Shown in pieces: positions 9,389 to 20,695 of a stretch of 54,660 nucleotides of DNA. The notes under the pieces were generated by a model. That model saw only the letters and a program-made list of their open reading frames with translations. It had not been told where the DNA came from and did no database searches. Position 1 is the first letter of the stretch. Each line of letters begins with the position of its first letter. Location: sequence record DRR378314_544, one strand, 5' to 3'. A program made the translations under genes and the position numbers.

Positions 9389-10777
9389 CTACATACGCCC
9401 ACGCGGGGGCATACCACCACCTGCGCCGCCCGGCGGCATCATACCGCCAAGACCGCGCATCATGTTAGCCATTCCGCCCTTCTTGCCGAATTTCTTCATC
9501 ATTTTCTGCATCTGCTTGTGCTGCTTAAGCAGACGATTCACATCCTGGATCTGGGTGCCAGACCCCGTCGCAATGCGGCGTTTGCGGGAGTTGTTGATGA
9601 CATCCGGGTAGCGGCGCTCCTTCGGAGTCATCGAACAGATGATGGCTTCCATCTGCCCCATGGACTTGTCGTTCACCTGCTGCTGGGCCATTTGCGCCAT
9701 CTGGCCCATGCCCGGCAACTTGTCCATCAGACCACCAATACCGCCCATACTTTTCATTTGCTGAAGCTGATCGCGAAAATCTTCGAGGTCAAAACTCTTA
9801 CCTTTCTTTATCTTCTTCGTCAGCTTCTGGGCTTTTTTCTGATCAATCTTGCGCTCGGCTTCCTCTATAAGGGAAAGCACATCCCCCATACCCAGAATCC
9901 GCGACGCCACCCTGTCGGGATGGAAAGGCTCCAAAGCATCGGACTTCTCGCCCACCCCAAGGAACTTGATTGGCTTGCCCGTGATGTGACGCACCGATAA
10001 CGCAGCACCGCCACGGGCGTCGCCATCGGTCTTGGTCAGGACCACGCCCGTCAACGGCAAGGCATCGTTAAAGGCCTTGGCGGTGTTGGCGGCATCCTGG
10101 CCCGTCATCGCATCAACCACAAACAGGGTTTCGACGGGGTTGACCGCTTTGTGCAGGCGACCAATCTCGCCCATCATCTGTTCATCAACGTGCAGACGAC
10201 CGGCCGTATCCAGTATCACCACATCAATATGCTTCTTGCGGGCCGCGTCCATCGCGCCATTGGCAATATCAACCGGATCCTGATCCGCAGAACTGGGGAA
10301 AAACTCCACACCCACTTCCCCGGCCAGCGTCTCCAACTGACGAATCGCCGCAGGACGATAGACGTCGGCACTCACCACCAGAACCGACTTTTTGTGCCGT
10401 TCTTTCAGGAAGCGGGAAAGCTTGGCAACCGTGGTTGTCTTACCGGCGCCCTGCAAACCGGCCATCATGATAACCGCTGGCGGTTGTACCGAGAGATTGA
10501 GGGACTCATTGCCGTCCCCCATCACACGTTCAAGTTCCTGCTGGACAACCTTCACGAATACCTGGCCAGGGCTCAGGCTGCGCTGAACTTCCTGGCCGAT
10601 GGCCCGCTGACGCACACCCTCGATGAACGCCTTGACCACAGGCAGGGCAACGTCCGCCTCCAACAGCGCCATGCGCACTTCACGGAGCGTTTCCTTAATA
10701 TTGTCGTCGGTCAGTCGCGCCTGCCCAGATATCTTGCGCAAACTGCCGGAAAGTCGGTCCTGGAGGTTTTCAAACAT
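9389..10777 (-). CDS. ffh: Signal recognition particle protein Ffh
   Basis: GLQGAGKTT, DTAGR, TKTDGDARGG, Met-rich M domain. Confidence 0.98.
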   Translation of the reverse strand: MFENLQDRLSGSLRKISGQARLTDDNIKETLREVRMALLEADVALPVVKAFIEGVRQRAIGQEVQRSLSPGQVFVKVVQQELERVMGDGNESLNLSVQPPAVIMMAGLQGAGKTTTVAKLSRFLKERHKKSVLVVSADVYRPAAIRQLETLAGEVGVEFFPSSADQDPVDIANGAMDAARKKHIDVVILDTAGRLHVDEQMMGEIGRLHKAVNPVETLFVVDAMTGQDAANTAKAFNDALPLTGVVLTKTDGDARGGAALSVRHITGKPIKFLGVGEKSDALEPFHPDRVASRILGMGDVLSLIEEAERKIDQKKAQKLTKKIKKGKSFDLEDFRDQLQQMKSMGGIGGLMDKLPGMGQMAQMAQQQVNDKSMGQMEAIICSMTPKERRYPDVINNSRKRRIATGSGTQIQDVNRLLKQHKQMQKMMKKFGKKGGMANMMRGLGGMMPPGGAGGGMPPRGRM

Positions 10778-10956
10778 GTTGCTCTTCCGTACCCGGATAA
10801 ATTGGTTGCATGAAACACCGGAACCCGATCAGGCTCCTTGATTCCTGTTGCATAATCGCGACATTATAACCAGACTATCGCCCTGAAACGACCAGCCCGG
10901 TCAAATCGGCGTGGAACCCCGCCGATCTCGTGTCAGAAAGTGGTTAAAAGGACGTC

Positions 10957-11763
10957 ATGGGAACGCTGATCCTCGCGGTCACTTCGTTATTGCTTTACAG
11001 CGTAGGTACCGCCCTGCAGGCTCTCAGCTTCCGGGGACGGGTGCACACCAACATCGCGATCACCACCCTTATCGGCTTGCTGGCCCTGACAGCGCATGGC
11101 CTGCTGATTGCCCAGACGGTCCACCGTGAAGGCGGTTTCGATTTCAGCTTTTTCCAGAGCTCCGTCCTTATTTCGTGGCTGATCGCTTTTCTGCTGCTTG
11201 CACTCAACCTCCGCAAACCGGTACAGAGCCTGTTCCTCGGTGTTTACCCGCTGGCAGCACTGACAATCATCATGAGCCTGATTACCCACTCCCCCTCCCG
11301 ACTTGTGCCGGAAGACAGCTACGGCATGCTTTCCCACATCGCATTGTCGGTGACAGCCTACAGCCTGTTCACGCTGGCTGCCATACAGGCCGTCTTGCTC
11401 TACCTGCAGAACCGGCAACTGAAACAGAACTATAACAGCATCCTGATCCGCAACCTGCCACCGCTTCAAACCATGGAGTCACTGCTTTTCGAACTGGTGT
11501 GGGCGGGCGTGGTGATGCTGATTCTCGCCATTGTGACCGGCGCCCTGTTCATTGACGACCTGTTCGCCCAGGACCTGGCACACAAAACACTGTTCTCTCT
11601 ACTGTCACTGGTTGTGTTCATCGCCCTGTTGATCGGGCGCTACACAAAAGGCTGGCGCGGCATTACCGCCAGCCGCTGGACACTGGCAGGGTGCGCCCTT
11701 TTAATGCTCGCCTTCTACGGAAGCAAGTTCGTGCTGGAACTGGTTTTTCACCGGGGTGGCTGA
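10957..11763 (+). CDS. ypjD: Inner membrane protein, YpjD / cytochrome c assembly (CcsA-like) family
   Basis: About 8 hydrophobic segments, LPPLQTME and HKT motifs, GWRG. Divergent from ffh as in other gammaproteobacteria. Confidence 0.8.
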   Translation: MGTLILAVTSLLLYSVGTALQALSFRGRVHTNIAITTLIGLLALTAHGLLIAQTVHREGGFDFSFFQSSVLISWLIAFLLLALNLRKPVQSLFLGVYPLAALTIIMSLITHSPSRLVPEDSYGMLSHIALSVTAYSLFTLAAIQAVLLYLQNRQLKQNYNSILIRNLPPLQTMESLLFELVWAGVVMLILAIVTGALFIDDLFAQDLAHKTLFSLLSLVVFIALLIGRYTKGWRGITASRWTLAGCALLMLAFYGSKFVLELVFHRGG

Positions 11764-11860
11764 CGCTGCCATGAATCACCCCCGGACAGGCATCAACTTG
11801 ACACCCCGACTTTCAACCGCCTATTTTCCCAACTTGTCGGCAACATAAGGACATTCAGTC

Positions 11861-13138
11861 TTGAACGAGACATCGCTTACCGCGCTGTTTATCATCCTGG
11901 CAGGGCTCATCCTGCTCTCCGCCTTTTTCTCCAGTTCTGAAACCGGGATGATGTCCCTGAACCGGTACCGGCTGAAGCACATGGCCAAAACCGGCCATAA
12001 AGGTGCACGAAGAGCCCAGTCGCTCCTTAATCGCACCGATCAGCTGATCGGTGTTATCCTGATTGGCAACAACTTCGTCAATATCTTTGCCTCGGCCATT
12101 GCCACGGTGATCGCTATCCGTATCTGGGGCGATGCCGGCATTGCCATTGCCACCGTCCTCCTGACCATCGTCATCCTGATCTTTGCGGAAGTCACCCCAA
12201 AGACCCTCGCTGCGCTGTTTCCGGAAAAAATTGCCTTTCCGGCCAGCCACGTGCTTGGGCCGCTACTCAAGATCCTCTATCCGGTCGTTTGGGCAGTCAA
12301 TCTGTTTACAGGCGCCATCCTGAAGATCATTGGTGTGTCCGCCGACGATGCCGCTAATGAACACCTCAGCCGCGAGGAACTGAGAACGCTCGTCAACGAA
12401 GCCGGGGCACTGATCCCTGCCAAGCACAAAGACATGCTGGTCAGCATTCTTGATCTTGAAAAAGTGACCGTGAACGACATTATGGTGCCTCGTAACGAGG
12501 TGGTCGGCATCGACCTGGATGATGACCTCGACACCATCCTGCGCCAACTGCGCAGCAGCCAGCATACGCGCCTCCCGGTCTTCAAGGGCGACATCAACAA
12601 CATCCAGGGCGTATTGCATCTGCGCAACGCCTCAAAACTGCTGCTGCACGATGAGATCAACAAGGCCATGCTGATGCAGCTGTGCCGAGAACCCTATTTC
12701 ATCCCGGAGAGCACACCTCTCAACACCCAACTGATCAACTTTCAGAAGGAAAAACGCCGCTTCGGCATTGTGGTTGACGAGTATGGGGAAGTGCTCGGCC
12801 TCGCGACCCTGGAAGACATCCTTGAGGAAATTGTCGGTGAATTCACGACCGATTACGCCGCCACCAGCCCCGACATCATTCCCCAGGATGATGGCACCTA
12901 TATTATCGACGGCACTTCCGCCGTCAGGACCATCAACAAGACCCTCGGCTGGAAACTGCCCATTGACGGCCCAAAGACACTGAACGGACTGATCACCGAA
13001 ACTCTGGAGAACATTCCCGACACCAACGTATGCCTCAAGGTGGGAGGGCATCGTGTTGAAGTGCTTCAGATCAAGGACAATGTCGTTAAAGCCGCCATCG
13101 TACATCCCAAAAAGCGTAAAAAACGCTCTGCCGGGTAG
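11861..13138 (+). CDS. HlyC/CorC (CNNM-CBS-CorC) family Mg2+/Co2+ transport-associated protein
   Basis: SAFFSSSETG, EVTPKT, CBS pair (IMVPR, VDEYG, TLEDILEEIVG). TTG start. Confidence 0.9.
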   Translation: MNETSLTALFIILAGLILLSAFFSSSETGMMSLNRYRLKHMAKTGHKGARRAQSLLNRTDQLIGVILIGNNFVNIFASAIATVIAIRIWGDAGIAIATVLLTIVILIFAEVTPKTLAALFPEKIAFPASHVLGPLLKILYPVVWAVNLFTGAILKIIGVSADDAANEHLSREELRTLVNEAGALIPAKHKDMLVSILDLEKVTVNDIMVPRNEVVGIDLDDDLDTILRQLRSSQHTRLPVFKGDINNIQGVLHLRNASKLLLHDEINKAMLMQLCREPYFIPESTPLNTQLINFQKEKRRFGIVVDEYGEVLGLATLEDILEEIVGEFTTDYAATSPDIIPQDDGTYIIDGTSAVRTINKTLGWKLPIDGPKTLNGLITETLENIPDTNVCLKVGGHRVEVLQIKDNVVKAAIVHPKKRKKRSAG

Positions 13139-13422
13139 ATCATCCGGTTATAACATCCCGCCATTTAGAAAGATCAAAATTTAATCTTTCTCTTGACCGG
13201 GCAGCCGTTCCCACCAAGACTGGGGTGATGCTCGAGATAATTAATGATCCACCCGAATGAACTCCATCCATTGCACTTCGGGCTGCTCCGGAATTTAAAT
13301 GGGTTTTGTTAGCATTTGGTCATGTTACCGCGTGTTAAAATGCGGTAGATTTAACGTATAACGAAAAAATACAGTTGTAAGCTCGGTCATGTATCCGGTT
13401 GAGGCGTACATAGGAGTCGGCC

Positions 13423-15654
13423 ATGAATAAGCAGTCCGGCATACATTATCTCCGCGAGCACCGGGAGGCTGGGAGTTCAAATCCCGTACCTGCACAGGTG
13501 GTCCGCATCCGTGACACTGTCGTTGCCGGACTGGGAGATTTGTTGCAGGGTGCATTTGATGCAGTTGATGACTCGCTGTTTGAACTGGCAAATAACGCCA
13601 GGAGCAACAACGAGCAGAACCGCTATTTTGAAGCCATGCGCGAAATCCGCATCAAGCGGAAGGGCGTTGAGCGGCATTTTCAGAACGCGGTCGCACAGCT
13701 GTTCGCCGATCCTCCTCAAAGTGGCAGCGTGGCAGCCGACGAGAGCCTAGCCAGCCAGGCCAGCTCCGATGGGCTGTCACTGGTCGGTGATGACGATCTT
13801 GAAGAGCAGGTCGCTCTCAATGCCATGATCACCAAATCCAAGGTGCACTTTCAGGGCCCACTGCTCCAGCTGCAAACCCGCTTCAGCGTGGTCTACCCCG
13901 GAGCCAGTGATGAGGCGCCCGTAAACCCGATGGCGCCAGAACATCTCTGCAGCGCTTTCGTCGAAGCCATACAGGCCCTGGAAATCCAGATTCGTGAGCG
14001 TCTGATCCTGCTCAAGCAGTTTGATCGCTACGTGGTTTCCAATCTGGGCATGTTGCTGGATGAAGCCAACCGGATTCTGATCCAGGCTGGCGTGATTCCG
14101 AATTTCCGTCACCACGGCAAGACTGGCAAACAGCACAGCAAAGCTGCTCCAGGCACGCCTGCCGGCGAAGCAGCCGGGGCAACCGCCGAGCCTGCCGCCC
14201 CAGAAGGTCAGCAAGGGCACCACGAAGGCGCCATGTTTGACCAGATTCGGCAGATGCTGGCTTTACAGCGCGCCAATGCCGGCATTCCTTCACGGGCATC
14301 CGACCCCAATATTCACGTGGTTGGTGGGGCGGAACTGGCGAGCCTGCTCGGCTCACTTCCACAGCACCCTCCCGGTGAGCAGATCAGCGGGAACCTGAGT
14401 GCTGGTGAGCCGGTGATGGTTGACCTGCACCAGGTCGTACAGCAGCTACTCGCGCAGGCCGGAACAACCAGCGATGGCAAGAAGCCGGAACTGGCGGAAA
14501 TGGACGAGGACCTGATCAACCTCGTTTCCATGCTGTTTGAATTCATTCTGGACGACTACAACCTCTCGGCGCCCGTGCAGGTTCTGATCAGCCGACTGCA
14601 GATTCCTATTCTCAAGGTGGTTATTAAGGACAAATCGTTCTTCAGTAAGGCAACCCACCCAGCCCGGCGTCTGCTGAACTCCCTGGCAAGGGCCGGCATC
14701 GGCTGGAGCGAGAGCGACGAAAAAACCCGTGACAAGCTGTACGAACAGATCCACGCCATTGTTGTGCGCATTCTGAACGAATTTGATGGCGACGTAACAC
14801 TGTTTGAAACCCTGGGTGACGAGTTCGAACAATTCCTGGCAAGAGAAAACCGCAAGTCGTCCCTCGTGGAACAACGCACCCGGGAATCTGAACGCGGGCG
14901 CATCAAGTCGCAAAAAGCCCAGGAAACCGTCGACCAGTTACTGCAGAAAAAACTGTCGCGATACAAGCTTCAGGAGCCGGTGCGAAACATCCTGATCAAT
15001 GGCTGGAGCCGGGTCATGTTCCTGGCTTACCTGCGGGACGATGTAGAACACCGCTGGCTGCAGACGGTCCGCGTCGTAGACGACCTGATCTGGTGCTTGC
15101 ACCCTCATCAGGAAGACGAAGAACGCGACCAGTGGGTTCGCGTTGTGCCTGGTCTGCTGAAATCACTCCGCGCCGGGCTCGAGGAGGTTTCCTACAACTC
15201 CTCCAAGCTCGATGAGATGATGGCGGACCTCAAGCACGAATTAACAGAAGCCTTCCGGGCCAACGCCCTGGCGGAAGCCATGGAAGACTCTCCCGAACCC
15301 GAATCCGAGGAAGAGATACCCACGGCCCACCAGACCGCTGTTGAGCGGCAGCAAGAGCTTGAGGACGCCGCCATTGCCGAATACGTGGCACAGATTGACG
15401 CCATTGAAATCGGCAACTGGGTGGAGTTCAACCTGGTTAATGGGGCCAGCTTCCGCTGCAAACTCTCCGCCATCATCGAGGAAGCAGACTGTTTCGTCTT
15501 CGTGAACCGCATGGGGCTTAAGGTCATCGAGAAAACCCGCACCGACCTGGCTCACGAAATGCGTCGCGGAAGACTGACCGTCCTCGAACAGGGCGCACTG
15601 ATTGACCGGGCGCTCGACGCCGTTGTGGGTAGTTTGCGAAGCAAGGCAGGATAG
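13423..15654 (+). CDS. Large conserved hypothetical protein (DUF1631-like)
   Basis: 743-aa helical protein with good RBS (ATAGGAG). Motifs RLQIPILKV, HPARRLLN and C-terminal GNWVEF...CKL...FVNRMG recalled for DUF1631. Confidence 0.7.
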   Translation: MNKQSGIHYLREHREAGSSNPVPAQVVRIRDTVVAGLGDLLQGAFDAVDDSLFELANNARSNNEQNRYFEAMREIRIKRKGVERHFQNAVAQLFADPPQSGSVAADESLASQASSDGLSLVGDDDLEEQVALNAMITKSKVHFQGPLLQLQTRFSVVYPGASDEAPVNPMAPEHLCSAFVEAIQALEIQIRERLILLKQFDRYVVSNLGMLLDEANRILIQAGVIPNFRHHGKTGKQHSKAAPGTPAGEAAGATAEPAAPEGQQGHHEGAMFDQIRQMLALQRANAGIPSRASDPNIHVVGGAELASLLGSLPQHPPGEQISGNLSAGEPVMVDLHQVVQQLLAQAGTTSDGKKPELAEMDEDLINLVSMLFEFILDDYNLSAPVQVLISRLQIPILKVVIKDKSFFSKATHPARRLLNSLARAGIGWSESDEKTRDKLYEQIHAIVVRILNEFDGDVTLFETLGDEFEQFLARENRKSSLVEQRTRESERGRIKSQKAQETVDQLLQKKLSRYKLQEPVRNILINGWSRVMFLAYLRDDVEHRWLQTVRVVDDLIWCLHPHQEDEERDQWVRVVPGLLKSLRAGLEEVSYNSSKLDEMMADLKHELTEAFRANALAEAMEDSPEPESEEEIPTAHQTAVERQQELEDAAIAEYVAQIDAIEIGNWVEFNLVNGASFRCKLSAIIEEADCFVFVNRMGLKVIEKTRTDLAHEMRRGRLTVLEQGALIDRALDAVVGSLRSKAG

Positions 15655-15677
15655 GCACCGGGAGCACCTGAGCAGCA

Positions 15678-16448
15678 ATGCTGGAGTATGGCAGTGTTAC
15701 CGGCCTTCCGGGCAGATACCGGATCACCCTGGCAATATCGGTTGCCCTGCTTCTGCATACCCTGGTGATGGCCACCCTTCCCTTTAGCGTTCCAGACACG
15801 GAACGCCATCGACAGACCGTGCGCGTGGAACTGGTCAGCGCCGGCAGCGTGCCGCTGGCGGAATCCGCCGCCAGCCAGAGAACACCGACTCAGCCGATCG
15901 CCCCTGCCCCATCGCCGATCAGCGACCAGCGAGAGGTGGTTACGACGGAATCGGCGCAAAGCAACGCAAGTCAGGCCCGCGAAAGAGAACCAACACCCGA
16001 TTCGACACCACCAGAAACAGCGGTCGAGGAACACCAGCCCCAGGCAAGGACAACACCCACGCGAAACGCTGTCGCGACGGCTGCAGGCAGCCCGGAGCAG
16101 CCACGGGAGGACGAGCCGGAAGCAATCACACGGATAACCACGTCTCCCAGCAAAACAGACCCCTACACGTCGAACCTGGCCGCCCACATCGCCAAGGAAC
16201 TCGGAAAACGGCCGGTGCGCGACAGCAGCCGGGTTAACGAGCAGGTAAGCAGTCAGGTCGAGCTTCAGTTATTGCCAAACGGTGCGCTCACCGGGGCCAG
16301 GGTTACCAGGTCGACGGGCTTCGGTGACATAGATCGGGCGATTCACCAAGCGGCACTGCTCGCCAGCCCCTATCCAAAACCACCAGAAGAATATTCAGGA
16401 AGGAAGCGATTCCGGGTTGAACTTATTTTCTCCCCGGAACGCCTTTAA
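15678..16448 (+). CDS. TonB/TolA-like energy transducer
   Basis: Single N-terminal TM helix with His (VALLLHTL), Pro/Glu/Thr-rich linker, C-terminal RSTG..DIDRA...ASPYPKPP domain. Confidence 0.7.
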   Translation: MLEYGSVTGLPGRYRITLAISVALLLHTLVMATLPFSVPDTERHRQTVRVELVSAGSVPLAESAASQRTPTQPIAPAPSPISDQREVVTTESAQSNASQAREREPTPDSTPPETAVEEHQPQARTTPTRNAVATAAGSPEQPREDEPEAITRITTSPSKTDPYTSNLAAHIAKELGKRPVRDSSRVNEQVSSQVELQLLPNGALTGARVTRSTGFGDIDRAIHQAALLASPYPKPPEEYSGRKRFRVELIFSPERL

Positions 16449-16459
16449 CTGCGGTTTAC

Positions 16460-16786
16460 TCAGGCTTCTGCCTGTTTCGCGGCGGCCTTGACCTGCTCGG
16501 TCAGTTCACCGCTTTCGGACATCTCCAGGATGATGTCGCAGCCGCCCACCAGCTCACCATTGATATAGAGTTGCGGGTAGGTGGGCCAGCTTGAATAGAC
16601 CTTCAGGCCCTCACGCAGCTCCTGATTATCCAGAATGTTCACGAAAGCGAAGCGCTCGCCACAAGCCATCAGCGCCTGCACGGTCTTAGCCGAGAAACCG
16701 CACTGCGGAGCCTGTGGTGTGCCTTTCATGTAGAGGATAATGGGGTTTTCCTCAAGCTGGCTCTTGATGGTTTCGTTGATGTCCAT
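16460..16786 (-). CDS. grxD: Monothiol glutaredoxin Grx4
   Basis: MKGTP..PQCGFS, WPTYPQLY, GGCDI. Confidence 0.96.
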   Translation of the reverse strand: MDINETIKSQLEENPIILYMKGTPQAPQCGFSAKTVQALMACGERFAFVNILDNQELREGLKVYSSWPTYPQLYINGELVGGCDIILEMSESGELTEQVKAAAKQAEA

Positions 16787-17118
16787 GAACTCTCACCTCT
16801 CATTGGAAACGGGGTCGCCAGGTTGCGACATACCTGGCTCTATTGTACACGCCCCATGCCCCTCACCAAACACCACTTGATGACCCTGAACAACGCACCC
16901 ACGCCCTGGCGTTGTCTTCAGCCCCCTGACGGGCTAGACTTGAGCCCCTGCCTTTCAGGCAATCAGGCAACCTCCGTTTACGTATTTCCCGCCAGCGCGG
17001 CTTTCACCGCACGCTGGCGTATTGCCGTTTCAGGACAATGACCACCGCGGGCCGGTTGTAGTCACGAATAGACCCCGGATTTCAGGGACAGGGTTATCGA
17101 TTAATAAAGGGCCATCCC

Positions 17119-18033
17119 ATGGCAGTAAGACATTTTCTGACACTTAATGACTTAAGCACCGACGAGCTTGAAAACCTGGTCGATCACGGCACCAAACTTC
17201 GCAATGAGTGGCGCCAGGGCGGTGTGCGCGAAACCCTGAAGAATCGTGTCCTGGCAATGATCTTCGAGAAGTCGTCGACCCGCACCCGCGTGTCCTTCGA
17301 GGCGGGCATGACACAACTCGGTGGTGCTGCCCTGTTCCTGTCCCCACGGGATACCCAGCTCGGTCGAGGAGAGCCCATTGAAGACTCCGCCATTGTCATT
17401 TCCAGTATGGTGGATGCCGTTATGATACGGACGTTTTCTCACCATACGGTCGAGTCCTTCGCCGCAGCCTCACGAGTGCCTGTTATCAATGCCCTGACCG
17501 ACGATTTCCACCCCTGCCAACTGCTGGCCGACATGCAGACGTATCGCGAACATCGTGGCAGCATCCGCGGGGGCACCGTCGCCTGGATTGGTGATGGCAA
17601 TAATATGTGCCAATCCTATATTAACGCAGCCACCCAGTTCGGGTTTAACCTGCGGGTTGCCTGCCCCGAAGGGTATGAGCCTGACCGTGAGTTGTTGAAT
17701 GTACACAAAGACAGCGTGTCCGTGGTCCGTGATCCGGCCGATGCCGCAAAGGGCGCCGACCTGTTGGTGACCGATGTCTGGGCCTCCATGGGGCAGGAAG
17801 ACGAACAGAAGGCCCGCCAAAGGGTCTTCCAGGACTATCAGATCAATCCCTCACTAATGAAGGTGGCGGATAAGGATGCGTTGTTCATGCACTGCCTGCC
17901 CGCGCACCGTGGTGAGGAAGTGTCCGCGGACATGATGGACCACCCGCGCTCAGTGGTCTGGGACGAAGCCGAAAACCGCTTGCATGCCCAGAAGGCACTG
18001 CTGGAATTCCTGATTCTCAACCAACTGGACTGA
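17119..18033 (+). CDS. argF: Ornithine carbamoyltransferase
   Basis: SSTRTR, HPCQ, DVWASMG, HCLP, EAENR. Confidence 0.97.
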   Translation: MAVRHFLTLNDLSTDELENLVDHGTKLRNEWRQGGVRETLKNRVLAMIFEKSSTRTRVSFEAGMTQLGGAALFLSPRDTQLGRGEPIEDSAIVISSMVDAVMIRTFSHHTVESFAAASRVPVINALTDDFHPCQLLADMQTYREHRGSIRGGTVAWIGDGNNMCQSYINAATQFGFNLRVACPEGYEPDRELLNVHKDSVSVVRDPADAAKGADLLVTDVWASMGQEDEQKARQRVFQDYQINPSLMKVADKDALFMHCLPAHRGEEVSADMMDHPRSVVWDEAENRLHAQKALLEFLILNQLD

Positions 18034-18037
18034 ACGA

Positions 18038-19108
18038 ATGACCGATAGCCTGGTTCAGCCCGCCGACTGGCTGCTGGAAGTCAACAACCTGTCCTGCGGG
18101 TATGGCGATGGCTCGGTGGTGAGGAACGTCAACTTTGCTCTCAGCCACGGCGATATCGGCTGCCTGCTCGGGCCCAGCGGTTGTGGAAAGAGCACCATCC
18201 TCAGGGCATTGGCAGGGTTCCTTCCCATCAATACCGGTGAAATTCGCTTACAGTCCAACTCCATCAGCCTGCCCGGCCGCACGCTGGCCCCTGAAAAGCG
18301 CCGAATCGGCATGGTATTTCAGGACTATGCCCTGTTCCCACACCTGACGATTGCTGAAAACGTCGGCTTTGGCTTGCGCAGAGAGGACCGCGAGGAGAAG
18401 CATCAGAAGGTCGCCGAGTTGCTCAAGGTGGTTCACCTGCAGGACCTTGCCGACAGCTACCCTCATGAACTCTCGGGAGGTCAGCAACAGAGGGTGGCAT
18501 TGGCTCGCGCCCTTGCGCCAGAACCTACACTGATACTGCTGGACGAGCCGTTCTCAAACCTTGACGCAGACCTGCGCCGACGACTCAGCCTGGATGTACG
18601 GGAAATTCTCAAGACGCTCGGCATCAGCGCCATCCTGGTCACCCACGACCAGCAGGAAGCCTTCGCCATGTGCGATCAGGTGGCGGTCCTGAAAGACGGT
18701 GGGATACAGCAATGGGATGTGCCCTACAACCTCTACCATGAGCCGGCTAACCGGTTTGTCGCAGGCTTCGTGGGCCAAGGTGGCTTCATTCCCGGGAAGG
18801 CATTGGGTCCAGACACGATTGAATCCGAGCTGGGGGTTATCCGCGGGAATCGGGCGTACACCTGGCAACCCGGTACACTGGTCGACGTACTGATCCGGCC
18901 GGACGACATCGTTTACGATGCCAGCTCCGACCTGAAGCCAAAGGTGGTGGAAAAGACCTTTGCCGGGACCTCCACGCTTTACCGTTTCCGCTGCTCGGAA
19001 GACACTGAATTCGAAGCCCTTTTTCGCAGCCATCTCGATTTTTATCTGGGCGAATACGTGCCCGTGCGGGTGGAAGCAGATCACCTGATCGCGTTCGAGA
19101 GAACCTGA
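18038..19108 (+). CDS. ABC transporter ATP-binding protein (FbpC/PotA-like with C-terminal regulatory domain)
   Basis: GPSGCGKS, FQDYALFPH, LSGGQQQR, LLDEPFSNLD, THDQ. Confidence 0.9.
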   Translation: MTDSLVQPADWLLEVNNLSCGYGDGSVVRNVNFALSHGDIGCLLGPSGCGKSTILRALAGFLPINTGEIRLQSNSISLPGRTLAPEKRRIGMVFQDYALFPHLTIAENVGFGLRREDREEKHQKVAELLKVVHLQDLADSYPHELSGGQQQRVALARALAPEPTLILLDEPFSNLDADLRRRLSLDVREILKTLGISAILVTHDQQEAFAMCDQVAVLKDGGIQQWDVPYNLYHEPANRFVAGFVGQGGFIPGKALGPDTIESELGVIRGNRAYTWQPGTLVDVLIRPDDIVYDASSDLKPKVVEKTFAGTSTLYRFRCSEDTEFEALFRSHLDFYLGEYVPVRVEADHLIAFERT

Positions 19109-19120
19109 GCAGATCTTGCG

Positions 19121-20602
19121 TCAGTTGTTACAAACCCGCTCCACGGAATCCAGCCAGCCAGCGTATAGGCTTTCCCGCAGTGCCGGCTTCATGGCCGGCT
19201 CAAAACGATGTTCCCGCTCCCAGAGTTGCGCTATGTCTTCCAGACCCTGGTATACACCGGTCTGCAACCCGGCGAGATAGGCCGCCCCGAGTGCAGTCGT
19301 TTCAGTGACTTGCGGGCGATCCACTGGTACGTTGAGGATGTCTGCCAAGAACTGCATTACCCAGTCGTTCACCACCATCCCACCATCGACCCGAAGCGCC
19401 TGCAAGGAAGCACCATCGTTCTGGATGGCGCGGATCAGGTCCTTGGTCTGGTAGCACACAGACTGCAGCCCGGCCGTAACAATCTCGCCGATGCCGGTGT
19501 CCCGGGTAAGGCCCAGGATCGCCCCCCGGGCGTGGGGATCCCAGTGAGGAGCGCCCAAACCGGTAAACGCCGGCACCAGGTACACCGGATTTTCCGCACC
19601 CACCTTCGATGCATAATCCGAGGATTCACTGGCGTGACTTATAAGCTTCAACCCGTCCCTGAGCCATTGCATGGCAGCCCCGGCAACAAAAATGCTGCCT
19701 TCCATGGCATAGCATGGCTTACCGTTCAGTCGATAGGCCATGGTTGTCAGTAACCGGTTTTCGGAGCGCAGGGCCTTCTCGCCGGTATTCAGCATCAGGA
19801 AACAACCAGTGCCGTAGGTGCTCTTCGCCATGCCGGGCTCGAAACAGGCTTGCCCAATCAATGCCGCATGCTGGTCGCCCGCAATCCCGGCCACCTTCAC
19901 CGGGGATCCCAGCCACTGCGCCTCGGTGGTACCAAAATCCGCTGCAGAATCGAGTACCTCAGGCAGCAGGGCCCGGGGAATCCGGAACAGCGCCAACAAC
20001 TCATCGTCCCACTGCTGGTCATGGATATTGAACAGCGCGGTACGGGAGGCGTTGGTGGCATCGGTCCTGTGGGAGCGCCCGCCCGTCAGTTTCCAGAGCA
20101 ACCAGCTGTCAACGGTGCCGAAGGCAAGTTCGCCCGCTTCCGCCCTCTGGCGGGCACCGTCAACATGATCGAGAATCCAGGCAATCTTGGTGGCGGAGAA
20201 ATACGGGTCGATCAACAGGCCGGTACGTTCAACCACCGTGCCTTCATGGCCGTCGGACTTGAGTTTGGTGCAAACAGCGGCCGTGCGCCGATCCTGCCAG
20301 ACAATCGCACGGTGAATGGGCTCTCCGGTTTTCCGGTCCCAGATCACCGTGGTTTCCCGTTGGTTGGTAATTCCGATACCCGCCAGGGTGGAAGCATCCA
20401 GCCCTGACGACTCAAGGACATTCCTGCAGACCGCCAGCGTGCTGTCCCAGATTTCATCGGCCTCATGCTCCACCTGCCCATCTTTCGGGAAGTACTGGTG
20501 AAACTCCTGTTGCGCCGTGGCGATGGCCTGTCCGGAAGCGTTGAAAATGATGGCTCGGGAACTGGTGGTCCCCTGATCGATGGCGAGCAGGTGCTGGGTC
20601 AT
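19121..20602 (-). CDS. glpK: Glycerol kinase
   Basis: [46 protein letters not shown]. Confidence 0.95.
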   Translation of the reverse strand: MTQHLLAIDQGTTSSRAIIFNASGQAIATAQQEFHQYFPKDGQVEHEADEIWDSTLAVCRNVLESSGLDASTLAGIGITNQRETTVIWDRKTGEPIHRAIVWQDRRTAAVCTKLKSDGHEGTVVERTGLLIDPYFSATKIAWILDHVDGARQRAEAGELAFGTVDSWLLWKLTGGRSHRTDATNASRTALFNIHDQQWDDELLALFRIPRALLPEVLDSAADFGTTEAQWLGSPVKVAGIAGDQHAALIGQACFEPGMAKSTYGTGCFLMLNTGEKALRSENRLLTTMAYRLNGKPCYAMEGSIFVAGAAMQWLRDGLKLISHASESSDYASKVGAENPVYLVPAFTGLGAPHWDPHARGAILGLTRDTGIGEIVTAGLQSVCYQTKDLIRAIQNDGASLQALRVDGGMVVNDWVMQFLADILNVPVDRPQVTETTALGAAYLAGLQTGVYQGLEDIAQLWEREHRFEPAMKPALRESLYAGWLDSVERVCNN

Positions 20603-20695
20603 TGCGGGCGTCCTTTCAGATATTTCAGCATCGTTCTTGTTGATGCTGCAATCTTCTCAAAGGATCGGGAAGAACGCTATGGCAAATGCGGGGAT

